From: the human T2T-CHM13v2.0 reference genome, Homo sapiens
Direction: 5' to 3' (one strand)
NCBI RefSeq assembly: GCF_009914755.1
Contig: NC_060942.1
DNA length: 64,000 nucleotides
Of the stretch, positions 27,119 to 43,376 are shown in pieces. The notes beneath the pieces were generated by a model. The model ran no database searches. It had not been told where the DNA came from and saw only the letters and a list, made by a program, of their open reading frames with translations. The stretch's first letter is position 1. Each line of letters opens with the position of its first letter. The position numbers and the translations under genes were made by a program.

Positions 27119-28252
27119 AATGTATTTTCTGATTAACAAAATAAAATGATCACTTTTTTTTCGTGTTTTACTCTATACTCTGATGAATTTTGAAAAAGCA
27201 GGTTTAAAACAGATTTTTGATGGCTTGTCATAGTCTAGGGAAGATGAGCTTGGCTAAAAACTAGAAATCTATGGAAAGTGTTTGAAAAAAATGAGAGATA
27301 CCATTAACTGTTTAACAAAAATCAAATAGTACAATCTAAGTCCATCTCATCTTTTCTTGGACATTAATAGGGTAACAGAAAATTTACAGAGCTGATTGGG
27401 TTGTATTCCAACATGTGATCCCCCCAAGTAAGCAGTTTACAAGCGGTATGAAAAATGTTAAGAAAATCAGAATGTCTAGGGATATTGCAGATTCTTTCCT
27501 TGGAAATAGTGTTGGCATCTCTAGGCTAAAGATGTAATTGGCTTTCTGTGTAGGTATCACTTTCTAGAGTCATTAGACGCCAATTTCGAACAAAGTAAAT
27601 CTGTTATAATCCTCCTAATGGATTTTGCTTTGTCTCTTCCCACCCATTTAGAAAATTTACTTGGAATTTCTTGTATACTTTGGAGTTAGAGCCAAGGGGT
27701 AAGATGTGAGTTTAACATGTAATTCTTCCTACTCCATTTCCTTACCACATTTCCTTCCAAAGAAGAATGCTGCCACCAGGTGCTCCTCAAAGACAAGGGA
27801 GGTGGGCCTGTAGCTTTTTCTGAGTGGAGGGAAGAAGCCAGGCTATTCTGGGTATGAAATGTGTGCTGTTATGTCTCCACACTGAGGAGGATTGCACAGG
27901 AACTGGGTTAAGATACCAACCCAAATTCAATTGTTTGCAAACACAAAGCCATGATTAGAAAGCATATCATCACAGTACGTCAGTGGTGCCATCGTTAGGA
28001 ATACAACAGCGCTAGAAATGTGCAAAAGTCATAACTGCATTTTCTGATTGTGTGTGCGATGGCATAGCAATCAAATGAAGATGTAAAAGCTTTTATTGTT
28101 TTTAAGAAGCATGAAGTCAAGTAGGCTGTTTCCAATAGGAGGACTGAAAAACCAGGCAAACATGAATTTTGTTCACAGTGTCTTTTTTGAGAAAAGAGTA
28201 TGGTTGTCTGCCTCAGAAATCTCCTGGTCTTTTGTTAGTTAAGTCAGCATAA

Positions 28253-28561
28253 CCAGTATTGGGAGGTGTGGCCTTTGGAGATGGTTAGGCCATGAGGGCT
28301 CTTCCTTCATAAATGGCATTACGTATCCTCATAAAAGGGATTGACCGAGAGAATTTGTCCCTCTTGCCCTTCTGCCCTCTGTCATTTGAAGGTAGGGTGT
28401 TTCTTCCCTCCAGAAGATATAGCCCTCACCAGACACTGAAACTGCTGGCACCTTGATTTTGGACTTCCCAGCCTCCAGAACCTTGAGAGATAAATGCCTG
28501 TTGTTTATAAATTACCCAGTCTCAAGTACTTTGTTATAGTAGCACAAAACAGACTAAGACA
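28253..28561 (+). mobile_element. MST (MaLR) LTR, 5'-truncated
   Basis: ggacttcccagcctccagaac...tttataaattacccagtctc...cagactaagaca. Confidence 0.85.
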
Positions 28562-28674
28562 ATTAGTTACTGCATTATATTATTATCTCTTTATATGGGT
28601 TGATGGCTTACTGTCATAACTAGTTTGGAAGAGACTTACGACTGGAAGTATTATTTATATATTTTTATTTCCTT

Positions 28675-29797
<1,123 letters not shown>

Positions 29798-30614
29798 TTT
29801 GCACCTTGAATAGGATCTGGGGTAAAACACATTCAAATGCCTGATGTTACTGTGTGATGGGCAGATATGGACTATTGCAGCTTGCATATAAAATCATCAT
29901 TATTATTATTTTTGCAAATAAATGTTTAGAGGTGACAGATTTAGTCTCTTCACAAAAAGACCGGAGAATGGATATACACTAACAGAGAGAAGAAGGGTTA
30001 TCTGTTCCTCAAGGAAATGGTCTTACCTTATTAGTGTCTCAGGACTGTGTATGAAAATGATGGAATTATTTTGATTATTCAGATAGACGGAGAGCAAGAA
30101 GTGCAAGGGGGGGGCCTCTCCTTTTTCTTTCCCCCTCTACACCTGAGCACTCTACTTCGGGGCCCAGCAACCACATCCATGTTGCAGGCCCACTTTGGAA
30201 TTCTTCCTCTGGGGGTGATATTGGTGTGAATAATCTCCATTTGTATCAGTGTAATAATATGAACTAACCAAGGACAAATTTATAGTGCTTATTAATGTTT
30301 CCATTTTCCCCACTATAATGTAAACAGAAATTTAATGATTGGAAAATTAGGTCAAATGTTGACTGAATCTCTCATCAAATACCACAATGATCAGTGAACA
30401 GTAACTGTTTTTAATAATTTTAATATTACAGTGACACAAAGGTATTTAAGACATCAATCCTTTAAGAAATTTCTCAAAAGATAGCCAACAATCACTGTGT
30501 GGATTTCCTGTCTGTCTGTTCATCTTTAATCCCTCCCCCTTTCTATTTCCTTCATTTGTTTGATGCCCTTTAAAGCAGCAGTAACACAGACACTCTTTTT
30601 CATTTATTGCCCAG

Positions 30615-30762
30615 GTCTCTTGGAAAAGCCTGCTGGTGGTCTCACTGGGGATAGGACAGTATCACACCGGATGCCTCCAGTTCTCGTGGAGGGGCTGTTC
30701 TGCAGCTGTGGGCCAGGACGGCCATAGAGTCAATGAGGAAAAACACCTGGATGGTCACCCAG
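30615..30762 (+). other. Candidate 148-nt exon
   Basis: ctctttttcatttattgcccag|GTCTCT...CACCCAG|gtgagc; GC-richer than its flanks; one frame open but peptide unrecognised. Confidence 0.4.
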
Positions 30763-30795
30763 GTGAGCTCTCACCAACCAGCTCATAATCAGATC

Positions 30796-32018
<1,223 letters not shown>

Positions 32019-33628
32019 TACCTAAACTTGAAAAAGGAAACTTTTAAGAGGAAATACAAATGAAAATTAAACTCCCCCCATACAAATGGTCTACCACAGA
32101 CCATTACTCCTGGGTCAGAGAGCTGAAAACTCACTTTGAAAGGGTTTATAAACTGATAAAACAGAGGTGAAAAGTACAGTTATAAAATGATCACGGGGCT
32201 AGCCTGCTGCCGACCTGCTGGGGTCCTGTCTAGAACACCAAAAGCCTGCATGGCAGTGATCAGCTGACTGAGGAGTGAGTCCCTGAGAAATGCTTCTGGG
32301 GAGCCTTGGGCCTGTGCTCCCCTCTTTCTGCCAGCTGCTTTCCCATGTGAACTGATAGAGATTTTCAAATCACTTGGTTCTGTTCTCTTTTCTTCCCAGT
32401 GCCCAGAGTAGTGGGTAGCTCACCCCCCAGTGGGTCTACCCCAGCAACAACCCCAGTGGCCACCCATCGTTGCTAGTCCGGAGCTTGCGGTGACCCTCAT
32501 CCTGGTGCGGTTCTGAGGTCCTTGGGGAGGGGGGAGTCCCCTGGGGGAAATGCCTAGAAGCTTCCTACAAAGGTCTGGAATGGTCGGTGCAGCAAGGGAG
32601 GAGAGGGCTACTGGAAAACTCACAGGGCCTTAATTCAATTTTGAATCCTATAAATCACACAACACTTGTGATTTTTAAACACTATATTTTGTTACACTTT
32701 TACTTATTAAATTATCTATTGATATATTTTTCCTCAAAGCCTCTGAGAAGACTTTGCACAAGCTGCTGAGGACACTAAGGCTGGAGACATGGGACATGGA
32801 TGCCCTGTGATCAATTAAGTTGGTTAACGTCACCAGCGTAGATGATGTCAACGCTTCACCCTCTGGAGGCCCCAGAAAGCAGCTTTCCTTCACACGCCGC
32901 CGGACTGTCCACTGATGGAGGCGGATGGACGCTCTTGGCCGCATTTCTCGGCACTCAGGTTGTGACTGTCCCAGGCTTCCTGTTAAATGCATTCCTGGTC
33001 CGAATAGCTTCACCCACGTGCTCAGGGCAGCGGGTGGAGTGCCATCTCCACATTTTTCTGTAGGAAACCCTCCAAGGAGGTGCTGCCTCCTCCTTCGGGC
33101 AGTGAAAACTCCTCAGCAAACTGGGACATAGGTGCCAGATGTTCATCAGGACTACCCTGGAAAGAAGTCCAGGCCATCCAGATCAGGGAGGCTGGGTCTG
33201 AAGCTGGGTCTGCCAAGGCCTGGTTTCTGTCCAAGCCTCACTAGGGGAGGGACTTATGGTGCAAACTCCCCATTCCCTCTGGTGTGTGCGTTGCAGCCGT
33301 GATGCTGTTTGCCTCAACTTATGGGTCTTCTCTGGGCCCAGATTGAACCTTCCTATCTGTTTCCACTAGCTTTGTATGCCATATGGCATTTTACAGCCCC
33401 ATACTATGTAGGTAACAGAAACAACAGCACTTGCAAACTACATATATTTCAAAAAACAACTAGGTCTTTTGATTAAATTATAAGCTTTAATTATATTCTA
33501 ACTAATTAGAACATGTTTAACATAGACCTCTCCCATACCTGAAAAACTGAATGAAAAGAAACTTACAAATGAACCCTCTGTAGGATTACTATTAGGTTAA
33601 AAAGATAACTAAAAAATATACTATTTTA

Positions 33629-33925
33629 GGCCAAGTGTGATGGCTCACACCTGTAATCCCAGTGCTTTGGAAGGCTGAGGCAGGAAGACTGCTTGAGGCC
33701 AGGAATTTGAGACCGGCCTGGACAAGACAGTGAGACTCTGTTTCTAAAAAATAAAAATAAAAAAATTAGTTGAGCATGGGGAAGGGTACCTGTTGTTCTA
33801 GATACTCTGGAGACTGAGTCCGGAGGATCACTTGAGCCCAGTAGTGCAAGGTTGCAGTAAGCTATCATGGTTAACACTGCACTCCAGCCTGAGTGAAAGA
33901 GTGAGACGCTGTCTCTAAAATAAAC
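33629..33925 (+). mobile_element. AluJ
   Basis: Diverged dimer with J features (ggaggatcacttgagccca, gctatcatgg); TSD actatttta. Confidence 0.93.
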
Positions 33926-34179
33926 ACTATTTTAAAATTGCAACATTCTCTTAGTCCCTTCATCGTTTCATGGTTTTCCCTCTAGCAATTATATCATCTT
34001 CTGACCTTCATATTCCCTATAGGCAAGTTTTTCTAAACTTTTCCTTTATATGCTGTGTAAGTCCTGTTCCTCTTTCCCTACAACAGTGACCTGGAGTAGG
34101 CAACTACTTTTATCCTTTTTAAAAGACTGATTCAAGCCATTCTTGTATTTCTGCATCAACTGCAACATTTTAACAACCT

Positions 34180-35385
34180 ATTCAGGTTTCTCCTACTGCT
34201 GAACTCAATTTGCCAGTATTTTGAGTCTTCTGCATAGTTTCATAAATGAAATTGGACTGTAATTTTTTGCATTGTACTTCCCTGTAAAGTCACTGAGGGT
34301 CTGGTGTCTTTTGGGGGCAATATTTTTTTTTTCTAGAACAGTTTTTGTAATAGTTATGTGTTCTCTTGGGTTTTCTGTATCTTCTTGAATAAACTTTACA
34401 TTGATGTTTTAACTTAAATTTATGTATAACTTTATATTTTTTAGAAAAGTATCCATTCCAATTTTTTAAGTTTGTTGGCAGAAAGTGATTTATGGTGTCT
34501 TCTTGTGATTTTGAAAATCTTTAAGGTATCCATGTTTACATTGCTGATATCAGTTGTGTTTTTTTCTCTTTGTCTCAGTGGGTCTGACTAGTTATTTATT
34601 CTATTTAGCGTTTTCAAAGGATCAGCTTTTGTTTCTGTTGATCTTCTCTATTAAATCTTTGTTTCCTAGTTCATCAATACCTGCTCCTATCTTTATTATT
34701 TACCTCCTATATCTTCTTTTAGATTTACTTTTCTTTTTGTTCAAGCTTTTTGAATTGAGCAGTTAATTTGTTGATATAAATGCACTCATTTTGCTTTTTT
34801 AATAAACACTTAACGCAATAAATTTTCTTCTAAGTGCCACTTGTAATAGATATTGGAGTACTTTCATTTCTATTCTAAATAATTTGTAATTTCTACAACA
34901 GGTTTCTCTTAACCTGGAATTATATAAAAGTGCTATTTTAATGTTTCCAATTATATTTATTTAAACAATCTTTAATTGTGGGTTTCTAATACAATTACAA
35001 GTTTGTCAGAGAAAATTCTCTGGTATTTAGTAACACTTCTTTCGTATTTAATGTGTGGTCTCTTTTTCAACTCCTTGATGTGTAATTGAAAAGAATATAT
35101 TTTTCTTCCTTGGGTAAATGATATTTATATGTATTTACAATATTAGATCAAGCTTTCAAATTTCATTGCTTAAAGCATTTATAGCTTACCTAAGTTTGTC
35201 TATTAATTTCTCAGAAAGACATGTCAAATCTTCCACTGTGATTATGGGTTTGTCAGCTTTTTCATAATCCTGAAACTTTTTGCTTTTGGGAGGCAATCAT
35301 ATTGGTTTGTGATCATGTTATCTTTTTGGTGTCATACATTATAGATAGGGTATCATTGTCAGAAGTGACTTATCTTTCAAACATT
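34180..35385 (-). mobile_element. Ancient L1 (L1M) ORF2-region fragment
   Basis: Very T-rich antisense L1 motifs (ttttcaaaggatcagcttttg, ctgctcctatctttattattt, aatcttccactgtgattatggg). Confidence 0.7.
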
Positions 35386-35386
35386 A

Positions 35387-35693
35387 CTTGTTTTTTTTGT
35401 TTGTTTGTTTTTTGAGACAGAGTCTAGCTCTGTTGCCCAGGCTTGAGTGTAGTGGCTCAATCTCGGCTCACTGCAACCTCCGCCTCCTGGGTTCAAGTGA
35501 TTCTCCTGCCTCATCCTCCTGAGTAGCTGGGATTACAGGCGTGTGCCACCATGCCCAGCTCATTTTTGTATTTTTAGTAGAGATGAGGTTTCACCATATT
35601 GGCCAGGCTGGTCTCAAACTCCTGATCTCAAGTGATTCACCTGCCTCAGCTTCCCAAAGTGCTGGGATTACAGGCATGAGCCACTGAACTGGC
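35387..35693 (-). mobile_element. AluS
   Basis: Full antisense dimer. Confidence 0.96.
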
Positions 35694-36621
35694 TACATCT
35701 TAATTTCAGTGCTGCCTCAGTGCCTGAATGAAAAAGCATTCAGCAGACCATATGGTGGCAGGTGGAGGGGAGGGGACATCATTAGCCCACACCTGGTGCA
35801 ATTTCCCAGAACGTCACAGGCAGCAGTGTGTGTGGCCACTGAGCTGCCACTGAGCGACTTCATTCTCTCTTGAAATGTATAAGTATTTTGTTATAAATGC
35901 AGAGGTTCCAATATGTTTCTGCGGCAAATCACACCGTAAGCAGTGACTCCACGCCCTTCCAGGCTTAGAGAAGCTCAGCAGCGGTGCAGACCCCCTGCCC
36001 ACCCAAGGCTCGACAGCCTGCAGTCTGCCAGGTTCCGGCTCAGCTGCCTCTTCCCGTTATTGCTGGAAGGGCCAGAAAACATCAGGTTTGGTTTTCCTTG
36101 CTAATCCTTCCAGCCATTGCTACTATTTTGACACTTTGCCTGTTGAAGCATGGATCAGCTTTCTAAGAGCTGATGAGATTCATTTCCTAAGCCGTTCCCT
36201 TCACTCAAGGGAAAAAGAAAAGCAAGTCCACTGGAGAGTATCTGATTTGGCGCTAGACACTGTTTTTCGCTAGGGCAGGGGCTCAGGAAGGAGGTCCTTC
36301 AGTAGCTCTGTAAGGGATATCCGCAAGCCCCAGCGGGAATGGCCCAGGATTCCTTATTTCCATCCCATGCAGATGGGCCCTTTCTCAGTCCGACTACATC
36401 CGCTCAGCACGCAGCTTGGAGACACTGGTCTGATGGAAACAAAGACTGCAAGCAGCTATACTATATGTGGACCATTTTCTAATGAAATAAAGATTTTATT
36501 TTTCTTAAAGACGAACAAAAATATCAATGTTATTTTTTATAAGGTGTATTGATTTCAGGCAAAAAAAAAAAAGTTAAAGCAGCAGTTATTTCATAAGTGT
36601 CCTTGATTCGGGTATCATGGT

Positions 36622-37055
36622 GTCTTGGCTGGAGTTTTTCGCAGGGCGGACCCTGAGAGGAGGGTTTGAATCCAAACCGTTTATTTTGGGATTTACAGGG
36701 AACGGCCAGAAGGGAGTGGGTAAATGATGACAAGGAAGGGAGGCAGCCAACAGAAGACGCACTGTGAAGCCGGTTAGCAGTGATAACCGGAACCTAATCC
36801 CAGGTAGAGTGAGAACATTTTGGGAAATGGTATTAAACTCTGCCTCTGAATTATCCCTCCTGCACAGCAGCTGTGAGGGAATCTGGACGGAGTCTCTTAC
36901 TGAGGGAGACTCCCCGGGTGTGAAGTGTCTAGCACCTGAGGCCTGGGGCACACGAGCTCAGATCCACCTTCTCCAGGTGCAGGTAAAAGCCTCTGGGAGG
37001 GATCATCAGGTGCCTGCCACTGAGAGCCCACCTGAAGTCAGCACAGCACCGCTGA
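36622..37055 (-). mobile_element. LTR16-family (ERVL) LTR
   Basis: tgtcttggctggagttt...ggaccctgagaggagggtttgaatccaaaccgtttattttggga...gaagggaggcagccaa. Confidence 0.55.
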
Positions 37056-38060
37056 GGACCCCGAGGGCTCTGCACACTGGGAGTCACAGGCCCAGACTCC
37101 TCAGGCGCTGGAAAGACACCTTGATCCAGGCAGGACTGTGGCTCGAGATTGTCTCCACGGACGGCCGGGGGATTCCTGTCCCTCACAGAGGCCTTTTTTC
37201 TTCTCTGAATCGGTGTCTCTAAGGGCCGGGTTTCTGTGCACTGGGTGGTACCTGCCAGATGAGTTTAATTCTGCCCCGCACATACCGGCGAGGACCCATC
37301 CCGCTCAAGCTCTCTGCTGGGGACTTCAGGCCCAAGGTGAATGCGCGCAGGGCCTGTGGCAGGGGATGAGGGCTAGTGCAGGCCGAGGGGAGCAGCTACA
37401 GAGGTAGGGTTTCCATACCCAGAGACGGGCATGGACACTAGAAAGGGAGGATCCCCTAGCTGGGAGGGAAGCCAGGACAGTGAAGACGTAGTGGGTCTAA
37501 CGGGGGGTACCGCATGAGCCGAGGTGCAGAGGCTGGACCCAGCGGGGACGCCGAGGGGACTGCTCCTGCAGCCTGGGGAAAAGAAGGGGGCGTCAGAAGG
37601 TCTCCGAGCCAGCGGGGATCGTGTTCAGGAAGCTGGGGAGGCTTTGTATGTCATGGAGATCTGTGGAGAGGCTGAGACGTGGTCTGATTTACACTTTGGA
37701 GAGCCTATTTAGGGCCCGAGGCTAGGGGTGCTGATGCTCCTGCTCCCAGGGCCTCCGAGCTGCTGCCAGGCTGTGTGTGGTCCTCCTTCCACCGAGCCAC
37801 CACAGGCGTGCCCTCCCTTGGGCCTGGAGAGGACACCTGGCTGGGGATGTGCCCGCCGAAGGGAATGGAGTTTGGCGTGCAAGCATGGAGTCCGCAGGCC
37901 CGTGCTCATTGCCCTGAGAGGGGCAGGATGGAGCAAGGATGCAGGAGAGAAGGAGCAGGACTTCACCGAGAACCCTTGCCCCAGGGCCTGCGGAAGGTCA
38001 AGAGGGCAATCCCCCTGGGCTTAGGGGGAAGGGCCTGTGCCCAGGGCGCTTCAGCCCCAG
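36900..38060. promoter_or_regulatory. GC/CpG-rich patch (weak orphan CpG island)
   Basis: Visible CpG excess, densest at ~37140-37620, partly over old LTR/L2-like sequence. Confidence 0.4.
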
Positions 38061-38189
38061 GTCCCTTCTTCAACCAGGGCTGTCCCGCCTGTGTCTGAAA
38101 ACAGGCTCTGGGGTCAGATGCAGTTTGAATCATCACTGTGAGGCTGAAAAAAGAAATACACGTGCAATGTCACTAGCCTAAATTTCTCC

Positions 38190-38359
38190 ATTTATTTTTA
38201 TTTTTATTTATTTATTTATTTATGTTTAAAACAGAGTCTTGCTCTGTCGCCCAGGCTGGAGTGCAGTGGTGAGATTATGGCTCACTGCAGCCTCGATTCC
38301 TGGGGCTAAAAGGATGCTCCCGAGTAGCTGGAACAACAAGGTGCCATCAGGCCCGGCCC
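38190..38359 (-). mobile_element. Alu monomer / AluJ right-arm fragment
   Basis: (TTTA)n tail then agagtcttgctctgtcgcccaggctggagtgcagtgg...ggcccggcc with internal deletions. Confidence 0.85.
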
Positions 38360-38609
38360 CACCCCTGGGTCTTTAGCAACAAAGTGAGGTTTGTTTCCTC
38401 CATATTTGTGAAACATTTTAAGAGCTTTTGATCTCGTGGTCACCATCTCTCACTTTGATTTCTTGTCCCTGTGAACTCCTGATCACTTTCGCGATCTGCC
38501 TTACGTGGTGATTCTGTTTTCTCAGTGCCAGTTTTGTGGGGACACAGCCCTAGTTCCTATAGGTCCCCAAGCAAGTGGAAACAAAGCTACGGTGTGTGGC
38601 AAGACTGTG

Positions 38610-38810
38610 CAGCCTGGACTACATAGTGAGACCTCATCTCTTCAAATAATTTTTAAAAATTAACCAGGTGTGGCGGCATGGCCCTGGAGGTTGAGGCAAA
38701 GGATGGCTTGAGCCTGGGCAGTTGGGGCTGCAGTGAACTGAGATTGTGCCACCACACTCCAGCCTGGGTGACAGAGTGACACCCTGTCTTATACAAACAA
38801 ACAAACAAAC
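38610..38810 (+). mobile_element. AluJ, partial
   Basis: cagcctggactacatagtgagacc...ggatggcttgagcctggg...cagcctgggtgacagagtg with (AAAC)n tail. Confidence 0.88.
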
Positions 38811-39599
38811 TGTGCTGAGGTTGGGGGAGATGCTTGTTGCAGGGCAGCCAACAGCTGGACCTCAGGAGGAGGAAGGGGTGCAGGTTCCTCCACCCCTCAT
38901 TTGTCCCTGGGGAGTGCACTTGCTTTTTCTTCAGAGTCTTGCCTATGACGGAGTGACAGACTCCCCATTCTGCCCTGGACTGCCTCACATCTCCTGCCTG
39001 CTTCCTACTTGCTGAAAATCTCCTAGGTTCTTTCTTTCTTTTCTTCTTTGTTTTTGATTAAGAGCAAATTAACTGTATCTTACCTTGAACAGAAAGGCAT
39101 CTCCTGTCTGAGAACAGTATTGCCTCACCACGGTACAAGGTGCCTAGAGTTCTCCACGTGCTCTTCATCCTGCCCTTGGAATCTCAGACCTCCTCCCTGC
39201 CTCTCGGCTCATAGGTCCCGGGTGCCCACCACTGCACTGCTTTTGCTCGCTCTGATAACTCCTCCTCTGGCCCGGCCTGCCAACCTAGAGACACTCATTC
39301 CCTGCTGTGGATTTGCTCCGGGGCCCAGGGCCTTGTACGCCCTTTCTGTTCCGTTTAGAAAAAGCAATGAAAGTTAACGCTAGGGTAGAAACCCAGCTTT
39401 AGATGTCCCAGGGCAAGGCATCCAGGGAAAGGCCAAAATGGCAGTGGAGCCATGTGGCATCGAGCACCAGCAGTTAGGCCTCATGGCAATTCAGGGGAGG
39501 TTTTGCTGCCAAATGAGGTATGAAAAATTTCTGTTTTTCAGAGCACTGTAAATTTCAGACTGTGACAAAAGGACTATGGGTATGTTCTGTTCTTATCAC

Positions 39600-39900
39600 T
39601 GTGTACTGGGATAGTGGAGGCAGGGTGGCCTCAGTCCTTAGGGAGGTGGAGGGATGTCAGCTGGGCTTGAGAGATGGTAGGCCCTTGATAACTAGGGTAG
39701 GGAGGTCAGAGGATGTTCTGGGCCTGGAGGAGCAGAGGGCAGGGGCCTGGGGAGGGCCATATGCTGGGGACCCGGATGGCACTCAGAAGGCACATTGTGT
39801 AGGTAACCAGGTTATACTGGGACGCATAAAGGCTGGCACAGTCCCGTCCTGCTGGGAGCCACCTGCTGAGTAACAGACAGGTGGCTTTTCAGAGCCAGCA
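39600..39900 (-). mobile_element. L2-like fragment
   Basis: Purine-rich degenerate L2-type text (agctgggcttgagagatggtagg...ggcctggagg...tgggagccac). Confidence 0.4.
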
Positions 39901-40283
39901 CCTCAGAGGGTCTCTTGGTCACTCAAAGGTTCGATTTATTTCACTACATGGCTTGGAGCCTTCCCATTTACATTAAGAGGACTTGGGCAGAGGACGAGGT
40001 CACTCACTGGCAAGACACCAGGCTACATGTGGTGTCGCCAGCGGCAGCCCCGGTAAATTCTCGCTCTGACAACACACAGACCCTCTCTGTGAGCCTGGAG
40101 CTGGCTGCATCTGCTAAATCTTATGAATATCCAGAACTGACTTCTCTTCTGCCACAAAGCCCGCCCTCTGGATTTCAGCTTTAGTTATTAGGGGCCACGT
40201 AATGTTGAGATATGAAAATATGAATTAAAGTCAGTCTTTTTATTTGGACTTAGGTTATAGTTTATTCCCAAATTGTCTTTACA

Positions 40284-40331
40284 TATTAGGTTGGTGCAAA
40301 AGTAATTGTGGTTTTGCCATTAGTTTTAATG
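40284..40331. mobile_element. MADE1 (Hsmar1-derived MITE), partial
   Basis: tattaggttggtgcaaaagtaattgtggttttgccattagttttaatg. Confidence 0.9.
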
Positions 40332-41341
40332 TGTTTTCATATCTCCTTCTAGCAGAAAGTTCTAAAGAAAAGTTTGCCTCCCCCCTCATGCCTACCTAAG
40401 AGGTTTGTCCTTAAAGTGAGAAGAGAAGACTTTTGTCTCCACACAAGCCTGCACAGGCCACTGGCTCCCACGTGAGCTGGTGAGGGGTGTGCCAGAGCCC
40501 TAGATCCTCTGCCTCATTGGGCACACACTTGGCAGGAGGGGCAGGTGGGGAAGAGAGAGTGCTGCTCAGATCCGATCCATCCGATAGATGATGTGCTTTG
40601 GTGACAGTACAATGTGCCCTCAAGCTCTTTCATCTTATTTGGGTACTTACTTGGCATTTCAAAAAATGCATATGCTGCCTGTCATTAGCTATACAGTGAG
40701 TAATGCAAATACATTGGTTGCTGATAAAAGCCATGAACATTCCTTCCTCTGATGCCAATAATAACAACCATAATATATGAGTGCACTTCAGCTCTTGCCA
40801 ACAATTACAGCAAATGTACAAGAAGAGAGGCCAAGCAGCCAGGGCACGTTCATGTGCAGATTGCCCTGGTCTAAATAAACATGGTCTCATGAGCCATCAT
40901 GGACTGCCTGTGAGGCAGGAAGAACATAGCTCGGATGCAGGGCTCTTACTCCTGGCTGGGTACAGAAATCACCTATGGGACAAACAACAGCGACAACAAA
41001 AACAATAGCAAACAAAACAGATGACTGGGCGCCACTCTCCAGAGACTGTCATTTAATAATTAACAATAAGCAGTTGTGATGTAATGTTTAGATTGTGATT
41101 TACTAGTTACTTGCTCTGGGGTAGGTCCCCAAAATGGAAAATTATCAAAGTTTTCTAGAATGGTTCTAATAGGCAGCCAGGATACACAACCCCTGTTCTT
41201 CATTCTCCTAGTTCTTTGTTAGACAAAACGAGGTACAAGCCTGAAGTGCTGAAAAGTTAATTGGCTAACCCAGGCCTGAAGGGTAGGTTTGGGGCAAATG
41301 AGGAATCGGAACTTAAGGTCTGACTTGCCATCACTGTTGGA

Positions 41342-41421
41342 GGGTGACCAGCCAGCCCTGTTGGCCTGACATTGAGGGGCTTTCCAGGATGTGGGACCTT
41401 GAGCTGTAAAACCAGGAGAGC
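41342..41421. mobile_element. MER94/MER81-like hAT-Blackjack fragment
   Basis: agggtgacca...tgaggggctttccaggatgtgggacctt...taaaaccagga. Confidence 0.55.
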
Positions 41422-41479
41422 TTACCAAATCTCCTTGCATAAAGATAATAGCCTTGCTTTATTATGATCAACTTGAGCT

Positions 41480-41682
41480 GCTGCTGCTGCTAACAGCAAT
41501 GTCACTTTACATGTGCAACATCTTGTGGTTGCTGCAATGTATTTCAATCTACATTAACTTATTGCACCCTTGCTACAGCACAGCAAGACAGATAGGACAG
41601 GTAACGTTGTGCTCATTTTGCAGATGAGGGAGGATGCTGCCATGAAGTGACAGGCACAAGATAGGCAGCATTAAAATAAGGA
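41480..41682 (-). mobile_element. MIR into which the provirus inserted (resumes at ~58357-58420)
   Basis: ctcattttgcagatgaggg...aagtgac on the left; gaaggccaagtctcttgact...ctttctactac on the right of the provirus. Confidence 0.55.
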
Positions 41683-42095
41683 CTTTAGACAAATTAAATT
41701 TAGCAGAGTTTACTTGGGTAAAGAATGATTTGCAAATTGGGAGGCCCTCTGAGTCAGGATACGTTCGGAGCAACTCCAGTGCTGCTGAGTGGTTGGAAAG
41801 GATTTACGGACAGAAAAAGGAAAGTGAGGCACAGAAAACAAACAGACGTGAGGCACAGAAAAAGCCAGACTGGTTGCAGCTCAGTTTTGCCTTAGTGGAA
41901 CTTGTTTGAACAGCTGGCTGCCTGTGAGTGGCTGAAGTCTGGTTGCTGTGTTTGGCTGAGACTTAGCTATTGTTTCAAAAGTAGGTTACGTCTAGCTATG
42001 CATCCAGTTAGGCTACAGTTTCCTATGAATGGACAAACCATTAGGCTGAACTTGAAATATGAAGGTGATAGCTTTAGGCTAAACTTAATTTAACA
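41683..42095 (-). mobile_element. 3' LTR (MER57 family)
   Basis: Minus strand begins tgttaaattaagtttagcctaaagct; aligns to 57915-58356 with substantial divergence. Confidence 0.9.
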
Positions 42096-42108
42096 ATTTC
42101 CCCCTATT
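42096..42108 (-). other. Polypurine tract
   Basis: Minus strand aatagggggaaat directly abuts the TG of the 3' LTR. Confidence 0.8.
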
Positions 42109-42851
42109 GGTCAACCTCCCAATTTTGAGAGGTTGACCAAAACATTCGGCATTGATATCACTTTGTCACCTTTGCAAATGTATTTATTTGATCTCAAATT
42201 TCACTAGGAAGTGGTAGAATGGTAGGTTATATAAGGTGAGAATAAGAACTCTAGGTTACTTTTTGGTAAAGGTTAGAGTAGAGGGGATCCCTTTATGTTG
42301 GAATTTCTTGTTTTTAGGAGGCAAAAAAAAATCTGGTCTGTCTTGGGATTTATCTGGTGTTTTTTAAAATAAAGTTTTAGTTTGTATGAGTGACTCTGTC
42401 TGGCTTTAATTTGGTCTGGTCTATTGAGGTCCGGTATATGAGCTCCGTCTAAAATAATGGCCTCATAATTTTGTTTAACAATTTTTTTTTGGTCAGATTT
42501 TTATTTAGGTGAGAGTGTGACCTGTGACCAACACTTGGGGCTTTAGAACTGTTTTTACTTATTATTATTTTGGGTTTTTGGTCTCCATAGGTCATTACAG
42601 GTTATGGTGTCTATGATCACGTACTTTTTTGAGCTTTTATTGTTTTTGTTGAAGAAAGGTAATTTGATATTTTATGGATGACTGTAGGTAAATATTTAAA
42701 AATTTTCACATAATATAGCACATCAGAGAGACTACTATTATGAACTTAAAATATGTAAGGAGGCAGGATATGTAAGGATAATATCAAGAGTTGGAAGTAC
42801 GTTTTTTTAAGCCAGGTTCTCCATAAACTATGTCACTAAAATTAAAGAATG

Positions 42852-43376
<525 letters not shown>

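Noticed and set aside
34180-35385. T-rich skew as a second hypermutated element
   Set aside because: Antisense L1 is intrinsically T-rich; no conserved motif shows directional G-to-A change here.
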